Below are positions 35,573 to 44,846 of a DNA stretch of 64,000 nucleotides, one piece after another; the first letter of the stretch is position 1; every line of letters starts with the position of its first letter. Both the position numbers and the translations under genes were made by a program. Source of the stretch: a bacterium (GTDB lineage Bacteria; Patescibacteriota; Minisyncoccia; 2-02-FULL-40-12; IGHO2-12-FULL-4); assembly GCA_030647955.1 (NCBI GenBank), contig JAUSIQ010000003.1, positions 2,111 through 66,110 of the forward strand. Reading direction: 5' to 3'. Under the pieces are notes generated by a model. The model ran no database searches. It was not told the origin of the DNA and saw only the letters and a program-made list of their open reading frames with translations.

Positions 35573-38413
35573 ATGTCCCAATTATCTAACCCCACCCAAA
35601 ATAATAAAGGTCGAGAAGAAAATGTCACGACGAGTGTCGGCAACGGACATCATCCCGAAGAATTTAATGCGCAAACTCTCTTTAATCATGTGCCAGTCCT
35701 TTCGCCAAAAACACATCAAGGAGTGGGTTTAGTGTGGGATAGCAAGTTCTCCAAAGGAGATCCTTACCAAAGTATCCGCTGGGAAAAAAGAACCGCCAAA
35801 ATTACCAAGAGCAACGGCCAAATAGTGTTTGAGCAAAAAAATGTCGAGGTGCCGGATTTTTGGTCTCAAACCGCCACGGATATTGTGGCCTCGAAGTATT
35901 TTCGCCGACCATATGGGTCGGTTGACAAAGAGTCTAGCGCTAAGCAAATGATTGATCGAGTCGGCGACACCATCTCTGGATGGGGATGGAAAGATGGCTA
36001 TTTTGCTACCGAGCAGGATTATCTTAATTTCCGCAACGATTTAAAATGGATCTTGATTAACCAGTACGGCGCTTTTAATAGCCCGGTTTGGTTTAATGTG
36101 GGAGTTTATGAGCGTCCTCAGACTTCCGCTTGTTTTATCTTGGCCGTAGAAGACAATATGCAGTCAATTTTAGACTGGTATCGAGACGAGGGATGGATTT
36201 TTAAATATGGTTCAGGTGCGGGCACGAGCTTGTCTAAATTACGCTCATCTAAAGAATCTTTGTCTCGAGGTGGCCACTCTTCCGGCCCGGTTTCCTTTAT
36301 GAAGGGAGCGGATGGTATCGCCAACAGTATTCGCTCAGGTGGAGAGACACGCCGCGCCGCTAAAATGGTGGTGCTTAATGTGGATCATCCGGATATTAAA
36401 GATTTCATCTACTGTAAAAAAATTATCGAAGACATGACCAAGGTTTTGGTGCGTAGCGGCATTAAAGATTCTATTGCCGCCGATCTGTTTGATCCTTATG
36501 CCTTATTGCCTTACCAAAATGCCAACAACTCTGTACGCGTCACAGACGAATTTATGCGTGCGGTAGAAAACGACGAAGAGTGGGAATTAAAAGCGGTAAC
36601 GACCGGAGAGGTCTTAGAAAGAGTGCGTGCTCGCGAAGTGATGCGTTGGATTGCGGATGCCGCTTGGCATTCTGCTGACCCGGGCATGCAGTACGATACG
36701 ACGATCAATAACTGGCACACTGCTCCGAAAGCAGGAAGAATTAATGCTTCAAATCCTTGCTCGGAATATATGCACTTAGATAATAGCGCTTGTAACTTAG
36801 CTTCGATTAATTTGCTGAAATTCTTGCAGGCCGACGGTACTTTCAATGTCGATTTATACAAAAAAGCGATTGATACTTTTATCTTAGCCCAAGATATTCT
36901 GATTGATAACTCCTCTTTTCCTACTCCGAAAATTACCGAGAACGCTCGTAATTATCGAGAATTAGGCTTGGGATATGCTAATCTGGGAGCATTATTGATG
37001 ACGCTTGGTCTTCCTTATGATTCCGATCAGGGACGAGCTTTGGCGGGATTGATCACCTCTATTTTAACCGGAGAGGGTTATCGCATGTCGGCGGAAATTT
37101 CCAAAGCTGGCGGACCTTTCCGAGGCTATGCCCAGGATCGTGAGGGGATGCTCGGAGTAATCTGGAAGCATTATCGCGCCGCCGGTGATCTGGTGGAAAA
37201 TATTGACCAAACGGCTTTGATCAACGACTTTAAATTAAAATCTGAAGCCGTCAGTGTTTGGAAAGAAGCTTGGGAATTAGGAGAGCAGCATGGCTATCGC
37301 AACTCTCAAGCCACAGTTTTAGCCCCGACGGGAACCATCTCCTTCTTAATGGATTGTGTAACGACTGGGGTTGAACCGGAATTAGCTTTGGTGAAATATA
37401 AAAAATTAGTGGGAGGCGGAACTCTTAAATTAGTTAACTCCCAAGTTATGACGGCTTTGAAAAATTTGGGGTATCAGGAAGGAGAAATCGAGCAGATTAA
37501 TAAACACCTCTTAGAAAGAGAAACAATCGAGGGCGCGCCTGGATTTAAAGACGAACATTTACCGGTTTTCGACTGTTCGTTTAAAGCCGTAAACGGTCAG
37601 CGCAGTATTCAGTACATGGGCCATATTAAAATGATGGCCGCTGCGCAGCCTTTTATTTCCGGAGCGATTTCCAAAACCGTGAACTTGCCGAAAGACGCGA
37701 CCGTAGAAGAAATTGAGCAAGCTTTTATTGAGTCTTGGAGAGTAGGCTTAAAAGCGGTGGCCTTTTATCGCGATGAGAGTAAAACTATTCAGCCGCTGAA
37801 TACCTCGGATAAAAAAGATGGTCTAGTAGAAAAAATTAACGGATATACGCGGGTAAAATTACCTGATACTCGTCCTTCTCTCACCCATAAATTCTCGGTA
37901 GGCGGACACGAAGGTTACCTTACTATTGGTCTTTATCCGGATACGCAGAAAGTGGGAGAGACTTTTATCAGTATTGCTAAAGAAGGAAGCACCGTATCAG
38001 GCTTATTAGATGTGGTAGCGACATTGACCTCAATTTCGTTACAATCGGGAGTGCCGCTTAAAGTGTTGGTTAGAAAATTCAAAGACATGCGTTTTGAACC
38101 ATCCGGATTTACCAGTAGCGAAGAAGTGCCAATGGCGAAATCAATTATCGATTATATCTTCCGCTTCTTGGGGCAGAGATTCTTAAACGAAACTGACAAA
38201 GAGGAAATCTTCGGTCCGGGGATGGGAACGGTAAGTGCTCCTAGCCCAGTTGTTCCATTAGCTACTTTTGTTTCTACTCCCACTGTAACCGTACCGACTG
38301 TTGTGGCGGCTGCTACCGAGGCGATGGTTTGCGAGTGTGGATCGATTATGGTCAAAGCGGGATCATGCTACTCGTGTCCGAACTGCTTCTCAACTACAGG
38401 AGTTTGTAACTAA
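35573..38413 (+). CDS. nrdJ: Class II (AdoCbl-dependent) ribonucleotide reductase with TSCPD domain
   Basis: FNSPVWFN, SACFI, RRAAKM, ASNPCSEY, ACNLAS, APTGTI, AISKTVN, C-terminal Cys cluster. Confidence 0.96.
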   Translation: MSQLSNPTQNNKGREENVTTSVGNGHHPEEFNAQTLFNHVPVLSPKTHQGVGLVWDSKFSKGDPYQSIRWEKRTAKITKSNGQIVFEQKNVEVPDFWSQTATDIVASKYFRRPYGSVDKESSAKQMIDRVGDTISGWGWKDGYFATEQDYLNFRNDLKWILINQYGAFNSPVWFNVGVYERPQTSACFILAVEDNMQSILDWYRDEGWIFKYGSGAGTSLSKLRSSKESLSRGGHSSGPVSFMKGADGIANSIRSGGETRRAAKMVVLNVDHPDIKDFIYCKKIIEDMTKVLVRSGIKDSIAADLFDPYALLPYQNANNSVRVTDEFMRAVENDEEWELKAVTTGEVLERVRAREVMRWIADAAWHSADPGMQYDTTINNWHTAPKAGRINASNPCSEYMHLDNSACNLASINLLKFLQADGTFNVDLYKKAIDTFILAQDILIDNSSFPTPKITENARNYRELGLGYANLGALLMTLGLPYDSDQGRALAGLITSILTGEGYRMSAEISKAGGPFRGYAQDREGMLGVIWKHYRAAGDLVENIDQTALINDFKLKSEAVSVWKEAWELGEQHGYRNSQATVLAPTGTISFLMDCVTTGVEPELALVKYKKLVGGGTLKLVNSQVMTALKNLGYQEGEIEQINKHLLERETIEGAPGFKDEHLPVFDCSFKAVNGQRSIQYMGHIKMMAAAQPFISGAISKTVNLPKDATVEEIEQAFIESWRVGLKAVAFYRDESKTIQPLNTSDKKDGLVEKINGYTRVKLPDTRPSLTHKFSVGGHEGYLTIGLYPDTQKVGETFISIAKEGSTVSGLLDVVATLTSISLQSGVPLKVLVRKFKDMRFEPSGFTSSEEVPMAKSIIDYIFRFLGQRFLNETDKEEIFGPGMGTVSAPSPVVPLATFVSTPTVTVPTVVAAATEAMVCECGSIMVKAGSCYSCPNCFSTTGVCN

Positions 38414-38436
38414 AATAGATAAAAATTTGGCAATTT

Positions 38437-38462
38437 TAAAGCGCCTCCTCCAAGGCGCTTTA
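38437..38462. terminator. Terminator between convergent genes
   Basis: TAAAGCGCCT-loop-AGGCGCTTTA. Confidence 0.6.
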
Positions 38463-38488
38463 GATTTTTGTTGTGAAAAAAAGGAACT

Positions 38489-38704
38489 CTAGAACCACAT
38501 CCGTTTCGAGAACTCCTCTTGCTCCAGGCGATCTCGGATCGCCTTCTCGCGGCGATAAGCCAGGAGTTCTCCAAGCTCCGTCCGGTCCTCCTCGTCTAGG
38601 ACAAGATCTTCGCCTTTATCCAGAGCGGGAAGACGAAACGGGGTACTTTTACTGACTCGCGGGTCGCGGGTTTCGGGGACGAATGTCCCCCCTAAACTGC
38701 TCAT
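38489..38704 (-). CDS. Small hypothetical protein
   Basis: 71 aa with AGGAGG SD. Confidence 0.5.
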   Translation of the reverse strand: MSSLGGTFVPETRDPRVSKSTPFRLPALDKGEDLVLDEEDRTELGELLAYRREKAIRDRLEQEEFSKRMWF

Positions 38705-38793
38705 AACTGACCTCCTGAATACCTTAATTATATCATTTTTTATTCACCGCTGTCAATGTTTAAATTAGTCTACATTTTGCTATATTTTCTTTC

Positions 38794-40311
38794 ATGCATA
38801 AGTCGCAACTTCTTTTCATCTTATTAATCAGTTTTATTATTGGTATCGCTTTGGGATCTTTTGTGGAGATTCCGTCTTTGTATCTCAGGCTCGCTTTTAT
38901 TCCGTCCCTGGTGGCTATCGGTATTGCCTGGCGAAGAAGCTGGAAGACGGTTTTTGGTGCGATGGTCGCGGCGGTGTTTGTCTTTGGTCTTTTGCGTATT
39001 GGCGATTTTCGTCCGACCTCCACTTATCTCCAGCATTTTGCCGACACCAATTTTAAAACTACTTTATATGGCTATATCGATAGTGAACCGACTCAAAAAG
39101 GATCGTCACAAGAATTTGTTTTGCGAGTAAGAAGAATCCAGGCTCCAGACTACACTATTCCGGAAGTGATTGATGAGAAGATTTTGGTCATCGCTGATAC
39201 TTACCCTCAACGCGTCTACGGAGAAAAATTGTCTTTAGAGGGCAGTATTAAGTTGCCGAAAAGTTATGATGATTTTGATTACATTGCTTATCTGGCCAAG
39301 GACCAGATTTTCACTATCGTTTTTCGTCCGGAGATGCAGATCATTACTCCTCAGCTTGGCTTTTGGGAGAGTACCCGCATTAAATTTTTTAGCGGCATTT
39401 TTAAATTAAAGAGTGTTTTTGAGGAAAAAGTGGGATTGGCGGTGGTAGAGCCGCAAGCCTCTTTTCTTAATGGAATTTTATTGGGATCACGACAAAACAT
39501 TCCGCAAGATTTAAAAGATGATTTTGCTAAAGTGGGAGTTTCGCATATTTTGGCCATCTCTGGGTATAATATTGCAATTATTGGAGAAGTAATCTCTTGG
39601 GTTCTAATATTCTTTATGCGGCGCAAGGTGGCTTTTTGGTTTTCTCTTCTCGCCATCTTTATTTTCACCATTTTAACCGGTGCTTCGGCTTCGGTGATTC
39701 GTGCGGCGTTGATGGGCGGCCTGGTGTTGCTGGCCAATAACTCGGGAAGAATTTATAACTCTAAAAATGCTTTAACGCTCGTGGCTTTTTTGATGATTTT
39801 TATTAACCCTCTAATTTTGCGTTACGACATTGGTTTTCAGCTTTCTTTTATGGCCACCTTGGGTCTTTTGTATATCTCTCCCATTTTTAAAATCTTTTTA
39901 AAAAAGATTCCGGATTACTTCAATTTGAAAGAGATATTGGCGATGACTGTTTCCGCGCAGGTGGCCGTCCTGCCTTTATTGCTTTATTACTTCCATAATT
40001 TTTCTTTAATTGCCGTTTTGGCCAATGTGGTGGTGTTGCCTTTCATTCCCGCGGCCATGTTGCTCGGCTTTGTAACCGGAGTAGGGGGAATGATTTGGAG
40101 TGTTCTCGGGACAATTTTAGGGGCACCGGCTTGGGCGCTGACTGCTTTTATTATTTTTCTTATTCGTTTTTTCGCCGACATTCCTGGACTGTCTTTTCAA
40201 ATTTTACTCTCTTGGCCGGGGGCAGTGTTGATGTACACGCTTCTCTTTGGAGGATTGAGTTACTGGTCTTGGCGTCAGCGTAAAAAAGGCTTCGAATTTG
40301 AAGAGGCCTAA
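38794..40311 (+). CDS. comEC: ComEC/Rec2 competence channel (OB + competence domains)
   Basis: GVSHILAISGYNI, SASVIRAALM, NPLILRYDIGFQLSFMAT. Confidence 0.93.
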   Translation: MHKSQLLFILLISFIIGIALGSFVEIPSLYLRLAFIPSLVAIGIAWRRSWKTVFGAMVAAVFVFGLLRIGDFRPTSTYLQHFADTNFKTTLYGYIDSEPTQKGSSQEFVLRVRRIQAPDYTIPEVIDEKILVIADTYPQRVYGEKLSLEGSIKLPKSYDDFDYIAYLAKDQIFTIVFRPEMQIITPQLGFWESTRIKFFSGIFKLKSVFEEKVGLAVVEPQASFLNGILLGSRQNIPQDLKDDFAKVGVSHILAISGYNIAIIGEVISWVLIFFMRRKVAFWFSLLAIFIFTILTGASASVIRAALMGGLVLLANNSGRIYNSKNALTLVAFLMIFINPLILRYDIGFQLSFMATLGLLYISPIFKIFLKKIPDYFNLKEILAMTVSAQVAVLPLLLYYFHNFSLIAVLANVVVLPFIPAAMLLGFVTGVGGMIWSVLGTILGAPAWALTAFIIFLIRFFADIPGLSFQILLSWPGAVLMYTLLFGGLSYWSWRQRKKGFEFEEA

Positions 40312-40399
40312 ACTATTTTTATCTTTGACAAGATAATTTTTTAACGTATGATCTTGTTGAGTTCTTTTTATTATTCATAGTGCGTGATACAAAAGGAGG

Positions 40400-41275
40400 A
40401 TGGAGAAAGAAATGCAAATCAAACGCAGTGGGCTCATTGCTTTGGGTGTGCTGGTGATCCTGGTGGTTATCTCTTTTTTTATTGGCGGCCATGACGGAAA
40501 ACTGCACGTCTATTTTCTCGATATCGGACAAGGCGATGCCATGTTCGTGCAAACTCCCGGAGGTAAGCAGATTCTGATTGACGGTGGACCAGACCAAACT
40601 GTTTTGCAGCGCTTGGGCGAAGTAATGCCTTTCTATGACCGGACCATTGATCTGGTCGTGGCTACTCACCCCGATGCCGACCATTTAGCTGGACTAGTCT
40701 CGGTTCTAGAAAAATATCGAGTAGCGAGCATTTTAGAAACAGGTATGCAGTGTGAAACGGCTTTATGTGCCGAATGGGAAAAAATAGTACCAAAAGAGCA
40801 GGCGGTTATGAACTACGGTAATTTAGGTGAAGAGATTAATATTGAAGAGGGAGTGAAGTTGCTTATTCTCAATCCCTTCTTTGAGCTAAAGGATCAAAAA
40901 CTGTCTTCGCGTAATAATGGAGCGGTGGTTTTAAAACTAATGTATGGCAAGCAGACCGTGTTGCTTACTGCGGACATCGAGGCATCTATAGAGCGCAAGA
41001 TGTTGGTGAGTGATCTGAACTTGAAGGCGGACTTTTTGAAGATTGCCCATCATGGTTCCAAAACTTCTACCACGGAAGATTTTTTGAAAGCAGTGGCGCC
41101 CAAAGCGGCCTTTATCGAAGTAGGCAGGCGCAATCGATATGGACACCCTACTGAAGAAGTCTTGGGTAGACTTGAAAATTTATCCATTCCGTATTATCGT
41201 ACGGATACCCAGGGAACGATCGAACTCGTGCTCGACGGGAAGGATTATCAAATATTAACCGGCTCGCCTCGCTAA
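40400..41275 (+). CDS. ComEC-associated metallo-beta-lactamase-fold nuclease (separate gene)
   Basis: FLDIGQGDA, LIDGG, THPDADHLAG, KIAHHGSKTS, NRYGHP. Confidence 0.92.
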   Translation: MEKEMQIKRSGLIALGVLVILVVISFFIGGHDGKLHVYFLDIGQGDAMFVQTPGGKQILIDGGPDQTVLQRLGEVMPFYDRTIDLVVATHPDADHLAGLVSVLEKYRVASILETGMQCETALCAEWEKIVPKEQAVMNYGNLGEEINIEEGVKLLILNPFFELKDQKLSSRNNGAVVLKLMYGKQTVLLTADIEASIERKMLVSDLNLKADFLKIAHHGSKTSTTEDFLKAVAPKAAFIEVGRRNRYGHPTEEVLGRLENLSIPYYRTDTQGTIELVLDGKDYQILTGSPR

Positions 41276-41292
41276 GCTATGGCGTAGCAAGG
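41267..41292. repeat. Degenerate ~30-bp hairpin element at the MBL-gene/ndk junction
   Basis: CCTCGC-TAAGCTATGGCGTA-GCAAGG. Confidence 0.5.
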
Positions 41293-41302
41293 AGGTAAAT
41301 CT

Positions 41303-41791
41303 ATGGCCAAACAAAATCTGAAAGAAAGAACATTAGTGATTATTAAGCCCGATGCTTTGCAGCGTAATCTTTTGGGTGAAATTGTTGGACGCTTTGAGAA
41401 AAAAGGTTTAAAGATTGTTGGATTGAAAATGGTTCGACTTTCAGATGTGCTTTTGAATGAGCATTACGGCCACCACAAAGACAAGCCATTTTTTACGGGA
41501 CTGAAGAATTTTATGAAGTCTGCGCCGGTAGTGGTGATGGTGGCGGAGGGATTAGAAGCCATTCAGGTCACGAGAGTAATTGTGGGTCCCACTTCTGGCC
41601 GAGTAGCTCTCGGCGGCACCATTCGAGGTGATCTGTGTATTTCCACCCAGGCCAATATTGTGCACGCTTCGGATTCTTTGGTCGCCGCTCGCGCTGAAAT
41701 TAAGAGATTTTTTACTCCTCGAGAATTGTTTGATTATCAGAAAGCAGATTTCCACTTTACTTATGGTGAGGAGGAGCGCGCTTTGGTATAA
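41303..41791 (+). CDS. ndk: Nucleoside diphosphate kinase
   Basis: ERTLVIIKPDA, FEKKGL, GTIRGD, NIVHASDS. Confidence 0.96.
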   Translation: MAKQNLKERTLVIIKPDALQRNLLGEIVGRFEKKGLKIVGLKMVRLSDVLLNEHYGHHKDKPFFTGLKNFMKSAPVVVMVAEGLEAIQVTRVIVGPTSGRVALGGTIRGDLCISTQANIVHASDSLVAARAEIKRFFTPRELFDYQKADFHFTYGEEERALV

Positions 41792-41794
41792 TAT

Positions 41795-41969
41795 GGTCAG
41801 AGTCTAGACGATTCAGCTGTGAAGATTTAGGACTTTAATTTTTTCGGGAGTCTTTATTAGATATTTTTGGTGAGTCTGGCCTCTAGGCTGGGTTCCGAGA
41901 AAATATCCTGCGGACACCCACCTTAATTTCAGCTAAATTCTGAACGGTTGAGTTGTTTTAGGCTCTACC
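41795..41969 (+). ncRNA. ssrS: Probable 6S RNA
   Basis: ~170-nt rod: 5' AGAGTCTA-GACGATTCAGCTGT-GATTTAG pairs with 3' CTAAATT-ACGGTTGAGTTGTT-TAGGCTCT; central bubble with CACCCACC; inner stem GATATTTT/AAAATATC; TGnTATAAT upstream, terminator downstream. Confidence 0.7.
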
Positions 41970-41970
41970 A

Positions 41971-41997
41971 AAAATCCCCACAAGTCGTGGGGATTTT
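41971..41997. terminator. Bidirectional terminator
   Basis: AAAATCCCCAC-AAGTC-GTGGGGATTTT. Confidence 0.75.
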
Positions 41998-42019
41998 CTG
42001 TGCTGAAATTAAGATAAGA

Positions 42020-42262
42020 TTATTCTGGTTTGAGTCCGAGAAGTTGAGAGATTTTTTTCTGGTCAAAGCCTACCACAATTTTGCCGCCGATATCGATGAC
42101 GGGAACGCCAATTTGTCCGGATTTGCTAATCATCTCTTGCACCGCTTTTTGATCTTTGGCGATGTTAACGTCTTCAAAGGGGATTTTATGCTTATTTAAA
42201 AACTCCTTCGCCATGTGGCAATAAGGACAGGTGGGGGTGGAATAGACGATTACTTTCTCCAT
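42020..42262 (-). CDS. Glutaredoxin/NrdH-like redoxin
   Basis: VIVYSTPTCPYC, GQIGVPVIDI, VVGFD. Confidence 0.92.
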   Translation of the reverse strand: MEKVIVYSTPTCPYCHMAKEFLNKHKIPFEDVNIAKDQKAVQEMISKSGQIGVPVIDIGGKIVVGFDQKKISQLLGLKPE

Positions 42263-42355
42263 GCATTCATTATCCCTCGACAAGGGAGACTTGTCAAAAG
42301 GAGAGATTTTCTGTAGATTAGGCGGAGCGTTTCAGGATCAGGAGGTACATTAACA

Positions 42356-43543
42356 ATGCAGGGTTCTAAGACGATTTTGGTTATCGGGACGGGCACAATC
42401 GGTTATGAACTTATCCGTCGTCTGGCCTGGGCGGCCAATTATTCCGATCATCCTTATTTTGACTGGAAAGAAATTATCTTTCACAAGAATCAGCCGCTTC
42501 AGGCGAATTTACCAAGAATCAAGCGACTTCTTCAGCAGGGTGATGCGGTAGCGAAAATTTCTCTAGCCGTCGATGCTGATAAGCGCAAAGAATTTGAAGC
42601 TTTGGGATATACTCCTACTTACACCTTGGATGAAGCCTTAGGGAAGGCCGATTTAGTTTTTGATGCTACAGGAAAGGGATTAGCGAATAAGCATCACTAT
42701 CTACAGTATCAGGATAAAGTCTTTGTGGGGCAGGGAAGTGATTTCAAAAAGGATAAAAAATTTGGGTTGCTTTTGGTGGGCGGCATTAACGATAACCAGG
42801 TGCATTTTCAGTTACTGCAGGGAGAAAGATTTTTTGTGGTGGGCAGTTGTAATGCCCACATGCTTGGTCGGGGAATGAGAGTCATTTCAAGCGTTTTCGG
42901 ATCTCCTTTCGGGGGGGATATTTCGGTGGAAGCTACGATTCTGCGCCGCTCCGACGATCTCAACAAGAGGATGATTGCCACCTCTTTCTCTTTCTCAGCT
43001 CCCGACCCCAAGTACCTAAGAGAAGGAACTTATCACGCTCACAACGTCATTGAGGCTTTTAACTCCATTGGCATTGGTGATCTTGATTTTCGAACGAAGT
43101 CGGGGAAGTTAATGGATCCCTATATGCATGTAGTTTTTTGGCGGGTAGAGGTTACTAGGGTGGATTGGGCCGATAAGTGGTTCGATGATACTTTTGAAAA
43201 TACTTTCCGCGAACAACTTGTAAATGATCCCTGGTGCAGTTTGACCTGGGAAAATTATGCCAATGTCGTTTTTACCGATTTGAGGCATCGTCAGGGCCCG
43301 AAGGCGATTCGTTGGCTAGAGCCAGATCGTGGCTTTATGCAGGCTGTTTTCTATCTTCCTTCTCTACAGGTGATCAAAAAGAAGAAGCGTATTGTTGTAG
43401 AGTTCCAGACTTTTACTCCGCAAGATGCTAATGTGATTTGGAGCAACCTGGAAATGGCCGCGATGGTTAGAGTGCGGGAGAATTTTGATCCCAAGGTATT
43501 TCTAGAATTGACTCGCCCCATGCTTGAGCCCAAGGAAATATAG
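42356..43543 (+). CDS. Divergent archaeal-type (class II) GAPDH-like oxidoreductase
   Basis: VIGTGTIG, ADLVFDATGKG, VGQG, VVGSCNAH, LRRSDD, YMHV. Confidence 0.6.
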   Translation: MQGSKTILVIGTGTIGYELIRRLAWAANYSDHPYFDWKEIIFHKNQPLQANLPRIKRLLQQGDAVAKISLAVDADKRKEFEALGYTPTYTLDEALGKADLVFDATGKGLANKHHYLQYQDKVFVGQGSDFKKDKKFGLLLVGGINDNQVHFQLLQGERFFVVGSCNAHMLGRGMRVISSVFGSPFGGDISVEATILRRSDDLNKRMIATSFSFSAPDPKYLREGTYHAHNVIEAFNSIGIGDLDFRTKSGKLMDPYMHVVFWRVEVTRVDWADKWFDDTFENTFREQLVNDPWCSLTWENYANVVFTDLRHRQGPKAIRWLEPDRGFMQAVFYLPSLQVIKKKKRIVVEFQTFTPQDANVIWSNLEMAAMVRVRENFDPKVFLELTRPMLEPKEI

Positions 43544-43558
43544 AAAAAGGAGGCCGCC

Positions 43559-44035
43559 ATGCGAAAAACGCTTATCGTCTTTAGTCTATTGCTCGCTTTT
43601 GTTGGTAATGTTTCGGCTCAAACTATCATTGTCAAACCAGTTCTGCCCGAAGGTTATCGGCAGTGGCCCAATGTTTTTATGCGCAAGTTGGTTTTGGATG
43701 AGAATAATACCATGACTTATACCGTATGGGTTAGGAAATTCGCCAATGGAGGCAGGTACCTTTCCGTTACGGAAGAGATTAACGGAGTGGTAATCATTAC
43801 CACATATTCAACTAGCGAGTATGCCACCTTTCTTTTTATTGGTGATGGTTATGTCAGATTGGACAAAGAGGTGGGGAAAGATTTTCAAGAAGCACGGGCT
43901 AAATTCGAAGGAGCAGTCCAGAAGAAATTCGATCTTTCTCCAACGGTTTTCGAACGTATCGATTTTTTTACCCATTCTTTTCACAAAGACCTAGAGAGAT
44001 TCTTTGAGCGTTGTGTAGTAGAAGATCGGCCGTAA
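43559..44035 (+). CDS. Secreted hypothetical protein
   Basis: AAGGAGG SD; signal peptide MRKTLIVFSLLLAFVGNVSA. Confidence 0.7.
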   Translation: MRKTLIVFSLLLAFVGNVSAQTIIVKPVLPEGYRQWPNVFMRKLVLDENNTMTYTVWVRKFANGGRYLSVTEEINGVVIITTYSTSEYATFLFIGDGYVRLDKEVGKDFQEARAKFEGAVQKKFDLSPTVFERIDFFTHSFHKDLERFFERCVVEDRP

Positions 44036-44039
44036 AGGC

Positions 44040-44064
44040 AAATCCCGCTAAGCGGGATTTTTTT
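44040..44064. terminator. Intrinsic terminator between convergent genes
   Basis: AAATCCCGC-TAA-GCGGGATTTTTTT. Confidence 0.75.
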
Positions 44065-44704
44065 ATATCTTACCGACGAGGTCGAGGCCTGGTTTGAGTG
44101 TGTCGTCCCCGGGTTTCCAGCTGGCGGGGCAAACTCGTCCTTCGTGTTCTCGAATAAATTTAGCGGCCTGCACTTTACGGAGAAGTTCGTGGCTATTGCG
44201 GCCGATGTCATTGTGGTGAATTTCGTAGGCTTTGATTTTTTGATCCGGATCGATGACAAAACTGCCTCGTAAAGAGACGCCTTCGTGCTCAAGATAGGTG
44301 CCCAAAGCGCGACATAAGCGGCCGGTGGGGTCGGCGACCATCGGAAACTTTACTTTTTTGATGGCGGGGGATTGGTCATGCCAAGCTTTGTGGACGTGCA
44401 CGCTATCGGTGCTGATACTCAAAACTTCCGCACCTAGTTTCTTAAATTGCGGATAGAGTTCAGCGGCTTCTTCCAATTCAGTGGGGCAGACAAAGGTGAA
44501 ATCGCCCGGATAAAAGATCATCACCAACCACTTTCCGGCATAATCACTAAGCTTAAGTTTTTTTATCTCATCGTCTTGGTAAGCTTCGACTTCCAGATCG
44601 GGCAGGACGCGATCAATTAACGGCTCGGTGCTAATCAGGGGATAGAGTAACGACTGGTTTTCTGCACTAACTGGATTCTCTTTGTGGTTATTTTTTTTGC
44701 TCAT
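44063..44704 (-). CDS. ahpC: 2-Cys peroxiredoxin
   Basis: FYPGDFTFVCPTE, GRVCPASWKPG. Confidence 0.95.
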   Translation of the reverse strand: MSKKNNHKENPVSAENQSLLYPLISTEPLIDRVLPDLEVEAYQDDEIKKLKLSDYAGKWLVMIFYPGDFTFVCPTELEEAAELYPQFKKLGAEVLSISTDSVHVHKAWHDQSPAIKKVKFPMVADPTGRLCRALGTYLEHEGVSLRGSFVIDPDQKIKAYEIHHNDIGRNSHELLRKVQAAKFIREHEGRVCPASWKPGDDTLKPGLDLVGKI

Positions 44705-44771
44705 GACTTTTATTTATTTATTATCAATAAACTATCATTTAATGAGTGAAATGTGAATTCTTTGCAATTTG

Positions 44772-44842
44772 TCGGGCTGCCGAGATTCGAACTCGGACTA
44801 AATCCACCCCATGGACTCGTGCTGCCGTTACACTACAGCCCG
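44772..44842 (-). tRNA. tRNA-Pro(GGG)
   Basis: CGGGCTG acceptor, AGTCC-ATGGGGT-GGATT anticodon arm, GTTCGAATC. Confidence 0.92.
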
Positions 44843-44846
44843 CTTA

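Noticed and set aside
35573-38413. Intein or intron in nrdJ
   Set aside because: Length and motif continuity are normal; no splice motifs or homing endonuclease seen
26803-41275. DprA plus split ComEC as a novel system
   Set aside because: Standard, already described competence machinery in CPR
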